A DNA stretch of 58,804 bases. Source: a virus (Duplodnaviria > Caudoviricetes). A program made the position numbers and the translations under genes. The stretch covers positions 1 through 58,804 of IMG/VR virus record IMGVR_UViG_3300046777_001311. The stretch is one strand, 5' to 3'. This document shows, in pieces, positions 9,411-16,818 of the stretch. Within the stretch, counting starts at the first letter, position 1, and each line of letters begins with the position of its first letter. Under the pieces are notes generated by a model. That model was given only the letters and a program-made list of their open reading frames with translations. It searched no databases and was not told where the DNA came from.

Positions 9411-11098
9411 AAAATAGAAAGACCTACATCGTAAACGCAGATCGTGTAGGTGAAAATTCTATGCCGTGTCCTGTATGCTCTCAAGACAGAAAGAAGAAGG
9501 ATGTTAAGTGCATGTCTTTCAATACAGTAGAGGGTGTAGGTAAATGTAATCATTGCGGCGCCCGATTTGTTAGGAAGAATGAGGACCGCGAGACACCAAG
9601 ATACGTGAGACCTGTACTACCATCAAATGTAACATCACTACCGGATAGACTTGTTGAATGGTTCAAGGAGAGGGGCATATCATCATCTACACTAATCGAC
9701 TTCAAGATTACGCATGGTAGACAGTTCTTCCCACAAGTATCTAAGGAGCGTAACTGCATAAACTTCAACTACTTCAGAAATGAGGACCTGATTAACGTGA
9801 AGTACAGGGACGCAGAAAAGAACTTCAGGCTTGTAAAGGATGCCGAACTAATTCTATATAATCTGGACAGCATAGACCAAAAATATGTTGTAATCACAGA
9901 GGGGGAGATAGATGCCATGTCCTACCACGAGGTAGGTGTTAAATCCGTAGTATCTGTTCCAAATGGAGCCTCAAAGAACAACCGTCTGCAATATATTGAC
10001 AACTGTATAGACGAGCTTGACGGAGTGGAAAGGATATATATAGCAACCGATGATGATGAGCCAGGAAGAGTTCTTCAAGAGGAGATAGCGAGACGATTAG
10101 GAAAGGAGAGGTGTAGACGTGTATCATTCTTTGGTAAGAAGGATGCGAACGAACTTTTGATAGCTGATCCATTAATGCTACCCAAGACATTGGAAGCCGC
10201 CGAAGAGTACCCCCTTGAAGGAGTGGTAACAGTAGATAATCTATCTGAAGATATATGGAGACTTAGAAGGGATGGTTTAAAGAGGGGTTGTGATATATCT
10301 ATAGACGAGTTCAATGACCTGCTAACATTTGTCCCTGGTTATGTTACAGGGGTAACAGGAATACCAAACCACGGTAAGTCGGAGTTCCTAGATCAGATTA
10401 TAGTTGACCTATCCGTAAAGCACGATTGGAGATTTGGAATATTCTCGCCTGAGAACTACCCACTTCAACTGCACTTTGCAAAGTTGGCAAGCAAGCTACT
10501 CGGAGTGTCCTTTAACGAGACAAATGACGCTCAAATCATATCGGCTATGAACTACTGCCGTGACAACTTCTTCTACATAGTACCGGAGGAGGATAATAGC
10601 CTCGATTCAATAATAGAACACGCTAAGAACCTTGTAAAGAGGTACGGCATAAACGCAATCGTTATAGACGCGTGGAATAAGCTTGACCACAACTACGTAG
10701 GTACAGAAACACAGCACATATCCAAAGAACTCGATAAGCTTATATCATTCTGCCGTAAGTATAGCGTACACGCCTTCGTTGTAGCACACCCAACTAAAAT
10801 GTCAAGAGACCCAAAGACACAAGCGTATAACGTGGCGACACTATATGACATGGCTGGATCCGCCCACTTCTACAACAAGATGGATAACGGTATATCCGTA
10901 TACCGAGAGTTCTTCCCCGATGGATCCTCACAGCCGCAAATCTATGTTCAAAAGGTAAAGTTCAAACATTGGGGGCAACAGGGTAGCGTAACACTACAAT
11001 ACGATGTTCCAACAGGTAGATATTATTTTTTTGGAAAAAGAGATAGAAGTTCTTATATTAGCAACGAATTTATCCACAAACAGGAATTAGATCTATGA
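9383..11098 (+). CDS. DNA primase-helicase (T7 gp4/Twinkle-like)
   Basis: Zn finger CPVC...CNHC, TOPRIM ITEGEIDAMS and TDDDEPG, SF4 Walker A GIPNHGKSE, IDAWN, VAHP. Confidence 0.92.
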   Translation: MASEKIINLENRKTYIVNADRVGENSMPCPVCSQDRKKKDVKCMSFNTVEGVGKCNHCGARFVRKNEDRETPRYVRPVLPSNVTSLPDRLVEWFKERGISSSTLIDFKITHGRQFFPQVSKERNCINFNYFRNEDLINVKYRDAEKNFRLVKDAELILYNLDSIDQKYVVITEGEIDAMSYHEVGVKSVVSVPNGASKNNRLQYIDNCIDELDGVERIYIATDDDEPGRVLQEEIARRLGKERCRRVSFFGKKDANELLIADPLMLPKTLEAAEEYPLEGVVTVDNLSEDIWRLRRDGLKRGCDISIDEFNDLLTFVPGYVTGVTGIPNHGKSEFLDQIIVDLSVKHDWRFGIFSPENYPLQLHFAKLASKLLGVSFNETNDAQIISAMNYCRDNFFYIVPEEDNSLDSIIEHAKNLVKRYGINAIVIDAWNKLDHNYVGTETQHISKELDKLISFCRKYSVHAFVVAHPTKMSRDPKTQAYNVATLYDMAGSAHFYNKMDNGISVYREFFPDGSSQPQIYVQKVKFKHWGQQGSVTLQYDVPTGRYYFFGKRDRSSYISNEFIHKQELDL

Positions 11099-11628
11099 TT
11101 AAGGAACTGACATCAATGGTTAAGCCACACATGGTAAACCAATTCTTAGAAACAATCATCAATAACGAATACGATAAAATAAAAGACGAAGCTATGGAAA
11201 TGCTTGAAGAGATACGCTGCAACATTGATGTTAAGCTGCATATCAAAATGTTTATGGAGGTTACACTCTCATGTTGCGCTGACGCATTTGGAACTACAGC
11301 CGATGAAATTCGAAGCCGCAATAGACGAAGCCACATAATAGACGCCAAAAGAGCCTACATGTGGATTGTAAAGGTATCAACAGGATGCACGCACAGATTC
11401 ATTAGCGACAACCTAGAGATGCACCACTCATCTGTTATACACCACCTCAACACAGTAGAGGCTTACCTAATGTATAACCCCGACTTTAAAACAAAACTCA
11501 ACTCTATCGTAACCGACTTAAAAAGAGTTGGATACACAGAGCCATCAGAGCAATTTGTTAACCATGTTAATAAAGCGGAGCAAAGAAAGAGAAGAAATAG
11601 GGATCGAATAAATAAGAACCGGTTGTAA
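11095..11628 (+). CDS. Stand-alone DnaA C-terminal (domain IV) HTH DNA-binding protein
   Basis: TTADEIRSRNRRSHIIDAKRAYMWI...ISDNLEMHHSSVIHHLNTV mirrors DnaA domain IV (S.xR...ARxxAMY...RDHTTVxHA). Confidence 0.7.
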   Translation: MIKELTSMVKPHMVNQFLETIINNEYDKIKDEAMEMLEEIRCNIDVKLHIKMFMEVTLSCCADAFGTTADEIRSRNRRSHIIDAKRAYMWIVKVSTGCTHRFISDNLEMHHSSVIHHLNTVEAYLMYNPDFKTKLNSIVTDLKRVGYTEPSEQFVNHVNKAEQRKRRNRDRINKNRL

Positions 11629-11633
11629 ATTTG
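11626..11633 (+). promoter_or_regulatory. -7 promoter element TAAATTTG
   Basis: Matches TAnnTTTG just upstream of the 50-aa ORF. Confidence 0.45.
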
Positions 11634-11654
11634 TAGGTTCTAAAACTTACAAAT

Positions 11655-11807
11655 ATGGATATCAATAACCTAAATTTTCTCAAGTCACAAATCAAAGCGT
11701 TCCACCCAAATTGGTCGGAGCAGCAGGTAGAAATGGAAGCCATCAAAATAATAAACTCTCCAGACGATGAAGAGGATGATGATGGATGTTTATATTGTGG
11801 TTCATAA
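11655..11807 (+). CDS. 50-aa acidic peptide ending in CxxCGS (not in the supplied ORF track)
   Basis: MDINNLNFLKSQIKAFHPNWSEQQVEMEAIKIINSPDDEEDDDGCLYCGS*; A-rich leader and upstream -7 element. Confidence 0.7.
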   Translation: MDINNLNFLKSQIKAFHPNWSEQQVEMEAIKIINSPDDEEDDDGCLYCGS

Positions 11808-12013
11808 CTTATTAGCTCCGTTGGCCAGGAGATCGTAAAACACAGAATGCCTCTTGAATCGTACCAGCTGTACTATTATGGTATAGACGAACTCAATGCA
11901 CACTATCTGTTCTCATCGTATAGGAGATAGAGTTAGCCTTCTTGATGTCATTTAAAAAGGTTGACAGCTTGGAAAGACAGCCACCTTCGGGTGTGACCTT
12001 AAAACTAAATAAC

Positions 12014-12544
12014 ATGAGCAAGCACGCGAGTCTGCCATATCACATATACATCAATGTAAACAACGCCTTCCTAGGACCAAATGTGCCAAAAGGAACAACC
12101 AGAGGTATTGTCCATGCTGTTTACGGAAGAGAGTATCAAGTACTTCTGTTCCACGTCATGCTTGAAAGTGGTGCTAATTGGAGTGGACTTCCTATTCAGG
12201 CTATCTCAACTACAGATAACTTTGACCTAGATCACCACGCTCTAATGCCTTGGAAGGTTATGGGTGAGGATATAGACGTAGTTGAATTTAAATATTTAGA
12301 AGGATTACAGGTAAATACAAGAGCCGGTATTGGTAGACACACAGGAATAATAGTAGACTGGAAGGATGGATACTCAAGATATCAATCAGAACACAAGCCG
12401 CTAAACCTAATCATCCTAAACCAAGGTCAGATATGTTTGATGCCAAATAACTACTGTACATACGAAGATAAGCACTTTACAGAAGAGTCGGCAAAGGAGA
12501 ATCTCAAACACTACAGACGTGGCGATGAAATATACTGGGAATAA
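12014..12544 (+). CDS. Hypothetical protein
   Basis: ORF with ATG 12014 (MSKHASLP) after an A-rich leader. Confidence 0.7.
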   Translation: MSKHASLPYHIYINVNNAFLGPNVPKGTTRGIVHAVYGREYQVLLFHVMLESGANWSGLPIQAISTTDNFDLDHHALMPWKVMGEDIDVVEFKYLEGLQVNTRAGIGRHTGIIVDWKDGYSRYQSEHKPLNLIILNQGQICLMPNNYCTYEDKHFTEESAKENLKHYRRGDEIYWE

Positions 12545-12554
12545 AATATAAGTT

Positions 12555-12788
12555 ATGGAAAACAAGAAGCAAACCTCGGTAGATGTCCTATTCGAAATAC
12601 TATGGGAAACCCCAAAAGATAAATGGGAGTGGAATGCCGTACTCAAGAAGGTAAAGGAGTTGCACAAGGAGGAGATAAGAATTGCATATATGGATGGAGC
12701 GTTTGAAAAAATTAGGCATTTAGATGGTAAAGAATTTATGATGCCAACGGATTACTACAACGAAACATTTGGAGGTAACAATGAGTAA
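12555..12788 (+). CDS. Hypothetical protein (KQTxV...HKEEI...YYNETF type small phage protein)
   Basis: ORF in operon. Confidence 0.65.
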   Translation: MENKKQTSVDVLFEILWETPKDKWEWNAVLKKVKELHKEEIRIAYMDGAFEKIRHLDGKEFMMPTDYYNETFGGNNE

Positions 12789-13023
12789 GGTAATAATAGA
12801 ATTTGACCGAGTAGAAGAGGCAGAAGAACTCCGTACAGCCCTCGATGGACACAAGTACAAAATGCTCCTCTGGGAACTCGACCAAAAACTCCGTAGCGTC
12901 TCAAAGTACGGATCTGCTATAAGAGGGTCAGGACAAGCAACCCCGGAACAAATGGATGTGTGTGCCGACATACGAGAACTCCTCAGAGAAATGCTCCAAG
13001 AAGATAATCTAACAATAGAGTAA
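12781..13023 (+). CDS. Hypothetical protein
   Basis: ORF with ATG 12781; last gene before the long non-coding region. Confidence 0.65.
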   Translation: MSKVIIEFDRVEEAEELRTALDGHKYKMLLWELDQKLRSVSKYGSAIRGSGQATPEQMDVCADIRELLREMLQEDNLTIE

Positions 13024-13152
13024 GTCACAATATAGTCTTACATTTCAGTCATAAGGTCAAAATATAGGCTTACGGTATTAGATATCATACAATTTTTTAA
13101 TGTAATAAACTTGACATTCTTGTCTCAAATATCTACTATACTTGCGACAGCC

Positions 13153-13203
13153 ATTGTGGAAAATAATCACCAGAATCAAGCTTATTGTGGAAAATAATCC
13201 ACA
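13153..13203. repeat. Direct repeat ATTGTGGAAAATAATC x2 containing DnaA-box-like 9-mers
   Basis: TGTGGAAAA (rc TTTTCCACA, fits TTWTNCACA) at 13155 and 13186, 31 nt apart; TAATCCACA at 13195. Confidence 0.5.
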
Positions 13204-13436
13204 AAAGGGTATCGGAAACTTATAGATTGTCAAATTAAGTAAAATATGATAGACAAATAGATTTGATGTTAAAGAATGGACATCAAAGATGAACTTCAAG
13301 TTTCCTATACCATTTCGTTGACGCCAACAAGATGGTTAGCAGTCCCAACCAACCGTAGACACATAGTCGACACACACCCCCCCCACCAACAAACCAAAAT
13401 AGCCCAAGCGTGGAACACGCAGTCAAAATATATCCC

Positions 13437-13452
13437 CGTTTCACGTGGAACA
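13437..13452. promoter_or_regulatory. parS: parS site 1 (CGTTTCACGTGGAACA)
   Basis: 15/16 match, read on the minus strand, to TGTTNCACGTGAAACA. Confidence 0.75.
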
Positions 13453-13500
13453 GCAGAACGTAACAGAACATAGTGTGGAGGGGGTCATATATACATCCGG

Positions 13501-13638
13501 AGTGTACATATCGGTGGGCAAACCGCGTTTTTGCGAAAGGGGTGGGTCTCTAGTTAGTGTACGTTTCACACTAACCTTAGTGTACATTGTACACATACAT
13601 ATTGTACATTTTACAATAACCTTAGTGTATGCTGTACA
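13501..13638. repeat. Cluster of AGTGTA / TAACCTTAGTGTA repeats with an inverted repeat
   Basis: TAACCTTAGTGTA at 13572 and 13617; GTTAGTGT/ACACTAAC inverted repeat 13553-13575; further TGTACA units. Confidence 0.6.
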
Positions 13639-13647
13639 CTTTCTTCG

Positions 13648-13777
13648 TTATTTAGATTCATTCTAAATTAGGACTGCATATTGCAAATGTCAATTTATTT
13701 TTGTATGGCAGTTTGCTATAGTGAAAAAAGTTGACATTTCCAAATTTCACAGCTTATTTATACTCATTCTAAATTAG
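13648..13777. promoter_or_regulatory. Two 19-bp palindromic operator-like boxes (Fur-family-like)
   Basis: ATTTAGATTCATTCTAAAT 13650-13668 and ATTTATACTCATTCTAAAT 13756-13774, within 24-bp direct repeats. Confidence 0.5.
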
Positions 13778-13939
13778 CAGAAAATTTGCTTTTGTCATTT
13801 TTATTTCGTATTCGTGCGCGCGCGGGAATACCTATTACAAAGAATAGAGGGCAAAAGTGGTAATACAAATTTATTTCGCTGATAATCAATCATTTAGATA
13901 CGAGTCGAAAAAAACAGATAAAAAAAAATGCAAAAATAG

Positions 13940-13971
13940 TTGACTTTACTATTTCAATCGCCGTATCATTG
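13940..13971 (+). promoter_or_regulatory. Candidate early promoter
   Basis: TTG 13940-13942 and TATCATTG 13964-13971 (one mismatch to TAnnTTTG) after an A-rich UP-like tract. Confidence 0.4.
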
Positions 13972-14124
13972 CAGGGCCAATAGGGAATAAACGTATTCAG
14001 ATTGACAAGGTGAAAAAAAAGACATTAAGAAAAAAGGGACATGTGCCTAATAGGATAACTATGCCCTTGTGGAGACCACACGTAAAACGGAACTTAATGG
14101 GATAACTATGTAAATTTTAAAGCT

Positions 14125-14328
14125 ATGAATATAATAGATTCGGCATCGGTATACTATGCACAACCCGATGCACGTAAACAAGTGCATAAAGTTGGACGAA
14201 TTACGCGAACACATAAGAAAATTTGGGTGCAAAATGCACGTGAGGTAAGTTTCAATGCCGTTTGTAAGGTAATTGAAAAAAGTGAACGTGCACAAAAGCA
14301 ACGTGATGTGAGACGTGCGAAGCGTTAA
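14125..14328 (+). CDS. Small basic hypothetical protein, first early gene
   Basis: ATG with A/T-rich leader; Arg/Lys-rich 67 aa. Confidence 0.5.
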   Translation: MNIIDSASVYYAQPDARKQVHKVGRITRTHKKIWVQNAREVSFNAVCKVIEKSERAQKQRDVRRAKR

Positions 14329-14329
14329 T

Positions 14330-14345
14330 TGTTCCACGTGGAACA
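14330..14345. promoter_or_regulatory. parS: parS site 2 (TGTTCCACGTGGAACA)
   Basis: Perfect 16-bp palindrome of parS type, intergenic. Confidence 0.85.
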
Positions 14346-14430
14346 TTGAATTTAGCAACGGCTAAATGTAACTATATATTAGCATAGTGGAGGCCACACT
14401 ATAAACGGACGAATAGTAAACAAGGTACAT

Positions 14431-14446
14431 TGTTTCACGTGAAACA
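14431..14446. promoter_or_regulatory. parS: parS site 3 (TGTTTCACGTGAAACA)
   Basis: Exact canonical chromosomal parS consensus, intergenic. Confidence 0.9.
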
Positions 14447-14553
14447 TTGGTGCATATTCCTTAGTGGGATAGGTCTATACTTTGGCGGCTTCAAAGTTGC
14501 AAGGTGTAGGTTTAGGTACTATGCTACGCTGAAACCAATTTAAATTTCATACA

Positions 14554-14886
14554 ATGAAACAAGTATCTTTTGTATTAACGCAAGAAAACGATGTTAAATT
14601 TTACTTGCGTGGAACTTTCGAGTTCGAGGGTCAAGACGTTCAAAACGAAGTCTTTTTCCGTATCGTTAAATTCATGGAACGTGTAAAGCGTTTCAAGATG
14701 AAAACAAATTTCAAGTTCGGTAAAAAGTTTACCGTTGACATGAAAGTTGACGGGAAAACGTACCGAAGTACCGACCTATTCTTTGAGTTCGATGATTCAG
14801 GAACTGACTTCAAAGGTGGCATACGTCTTAATAAGAACAACACCTTTCGTCTACATGAGGTTTTAACTGAAATGGTTGAATCTTAA
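14554..14886 (+). CDS. Hypothetical early protein
   Basis: 110-aa ORF followed by a terminator. Confidence 0.75.
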   Translation: MKQVSFVLTQENDVKFYLRGTFEFEGQDVQNEVFFRIVKFMERVKRFKMKTNFKFGKKFTVDMKVDGKTYRSTDLFFEFDDSGTDFKGGIRLNKNNTFRLHEVLTEMVES

Positions 14887-14906
14887 TTGGCGGCTATTCA
14901 AAATTC

Positions 14907-14929
14907 AAGGGGGCTTCGTGCCCCTTTTT
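14907..14929 (+). terminator. Intrinsic terminator
   Basis: GGGGC-TTCGT-GCCCC followed by TTTTT. Confidence 0.8.
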
Positions 14930-14952
14930 CATTCACTAAAACTTAACGTAAA

Positions 14953-15129
14953 ATGATTACTCTCACAGTGCTCTCAGTTTTATTCACCATTTTATGTACA
15001 ATCAAAGTACAAAAGCAAAAAAGGTACGGACAATTTTCAATAGATAGCGGTTGGTATTTCGCTCAACTCATGAGTTTAGGATTCATAATCTCAATGGCTG
15101 TAGTGGCTATACTCGCTTACCTACCATAG
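14953..15129 (+). CDS. Small membrane protein, 58 aa (not in the supplied ORF track)
   Basis: MITLTVLSVLFTILCTIKVQKQKRYGQFSIDSGWYFAQLMSLGFIISMAVVAILAYLP*; two hydrophobic segments. Confidence 0.65.
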   Translation: MITLTVLSVLFTILCTIKVQKQKRYGQFSIDSGWYFAQLMSLGFIISMAVVAILAYLP

Positions 15130-15145
15130 TGTTCCACGTGAAACA
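15130..15145. promoter_or_regulatory. parS: parS site 4 (TGTTCCACGTGAAACA)
   Basis: 16/16 match to TGTTNCACGTGAAACA, starting immediately after a stop codon. Confidence 0.9.
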
Positions 15146-15175
15146 TAAAAAAGTATAACCATAAAAACAAACAAC

Positions 15176-15379
15176 GTGAAAAATCTAATCAATCAATTCT
15201 TAGTAGTGTTGCTATATGCAATGCTATTTGCGTTCACATACGCATCAATTTGCGGCTTAATCGCCCTAATATTTTGGACAAGCTACATAAGTGTGGCAAC
15301 TTATCCAGCTTCGATACTCATACTCATGGTGTCGGTTATATGTGTTGGATGTTACAAACTTTGTGAACTTAAATTCTAA
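15176..15379 (+). CDS. Small membrane protein
   Basis: GTG start after an A-rich leader; two hydrophobic segments. Confidence 0.65.
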   Translation: MKNLINQFLVVLLYAMLFAFTYASICGLIALIFWTSYISVATYPASILILMVSVICVGCYKLCELKF

Positions 15380-15383
15380 AGCA

Positions 15384-15557
15384 ATGAAAAAAGTAAACTT
15401 CTATGTAGTCATGTACCTATTAGCCATGACTTTTGCGGCTGCGTGTTTAACGTGTTGCACACCATCAAAGAGTTCTGTTAACCCATGCGAGCACTTTGTA
15501 AACAAGGGGCATAAACAAAATGCCCATGACCTGCTACCATATCATAGAAACAATTAA
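15384..15557 (+). CDS. Small lipoprotein
   Basis: MKK + hydrophobic stretch + lipobox-like LTCC; ATG 15384. Confidence 0.6.
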   Translation: MKKVNFYVVMYLLAMTFAAACLTCCTPSKSSVNPCEHFVNKGHKQNAHDLLPYHRNN

Positions 15558-15568
15558 AATCAAATAAC

Positions 15569-16816
15569 ATGGAAGAAGAAAAAACTCCAGAAACAATCCT
15601 CCTATACAACGGAGAAGAAGTCAGCACCGACACAACAACGGGTTGCTTTGACTATGGTCAATATCAAGGCCAACTATACGCCAATGGTGATGATGATGTT
15701 ATCATCTTGACAAGTGGTGATACATGTCACCGCGATGATGATTGGCACACCACAAATTGCGGTGATACATTCCACGAAGATGAACAGGACAGCCTTGACA
15801 TAATCTATGCGGACTATGATGGTGAGTACGCCTATTCATCAGATTGTACCTATGGTATAGTAGACCGTAGGGGTCATGAGGGGTATTGGTTAGACACATA
15901 TCATGACCATGAAGCCGTATATTCAAATAGAGATAGCACTCATTTCATTGACTCACAAGTAGCACGTGAACATGACTACATCTTTGATGATAATCAAGAC
16001 GATTGGGTACACATAGATGATTATGAGGGTGATAATGATGATGATGAGGGTGAGGATACGTCCTCTTATGTTAAGTCATATCATGGCTATTCAAGACAGT
16101 TTGTTTGTGACTCTTCGGCGGCTTGGAAGTTTGGTGTCGAGGTCGAGAAGGAGGACTGCGATGCTAAGACCATGGAGTACCCCGATACTATATACAACGC
16201 TGTCAAGTGGTGTAAAGAATCGGACGGGTCTCTCAATGACTACTCTGGCTTTGAGTTGGTGTCGCCCGTGTATGACCTCATGGACAAGGATACTTGGTTG
16301 CGTGACTTTTCACACCCACTTATCGAACCGCTACTCAATGCTAAACATAGTTCATCATGTGGTGGTCACATCCACATATCATCAAGTATGTATACACCTG
16401 ATGAGATTATGTTAGGACTTAGCGGCTTCCTACCTATACTGTACAGCCTTTACAAGAGACGTATGTTTGCCGACTACGCACGTACTAAGAAGAAGTATCA
16501 GTACCTAACTGAGAAAACTAAGAGGGCGAGTGTATATGTGCAAGATAGGACTTGTGAGTTCCGTATCTTCCCTGCTGTACGTAGTAAGGATAACTTGATA
16601 TGGCGGCTTGACCTACTACGCATCTTCATTGACAACTTCAATGCCTCTGAGCGTGATGTCCTCAAGATGTTGTGTAATACATCACACCCCCTTCATATTC
16701 ATATCAAGAATATGGTTGGTGATGATAAAATGACTGAGAAGATTGATGAGTTCATCGGCTTCAGTAAGACGTGGAATAACTTTAATTTAGATAATGACGA
16801 TAAAACAATCAAATAA
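15569..16816 (+). CDS. Amidoligase (COOH-NH2 ligase type 2) with an acidic N-terminal extension
   Basis: FGVEVE, DGSL, GFELVSP, CGGHIHIS, CEFRIF motifs. Confidence 0.85.
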   Translation: MEEEKTPETILLYNGEEVSTDTTTGCFDYGQYQGQLYANGDDDVIILTSGDTCHRDDDWHTTNCGDTFHEDEQDSLDIIYADYDGEYAYSSDCTYGIVDRRGHEGYWLDTYHDHEAVYSNRDSTHFIDSQVAREHDYIFDDNQDDWVHIDDYEGDNDDDEGEDTSSYVKSYHGYSRQFVCDSSAAWKFGVEVEKEDCDAKTMEYPDTIYNAVKWCKESDGSLNDYSGFELVSPVYDLMDKDTWLRDFSHPLIEPLLNAKHSSSCGGHIHISSSMYTPDEIMLGLSGFLPILYSLYKRRMFADYARTKKKYQYLTEKTKRASVYVQDRTCEFRIFPAVRSKDNLIWRLDLLRIFIDNFNASERDVLKMLCNTSHPLHIHIKNMVGDDKMTEKIDEFIGFSKTWNNFNLDNDDKTIK

Positions 16817-16818
16817 TT

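Noticed and set aside
13022-13073. Imperfect repeat GTCAxAATATAGxCTTAC x2
   Set aside because: Real but only two degenerate copies; no function can be argued beyond being part of the repeat-rich end region
13078-13666. Short ORFs 13078-13299, 13276-13473, 13283-13471, 13445-13666
   Set aside because: Overlap repeats and parS, have atypical composition and weak starts; more likely non-coding
13814-13826. GTGCGCGCGCGGG alternating CG run (possible Z-DNA or binding site)
   Set aside because: Single short occurrence with no supporting context
14059-14358. Minus-strand ORF containing MFHVEQ
   Set aside because: MFHVEQ/FHVK is simply the translation of a parS palindrome; antisense to the early operon
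14330-15145. Treating the four palindromes as CRISPR repeats or terminators
   Set aside because: Only 16 bp, irregular spacing, no loop or U-tract; they match the parS consensus
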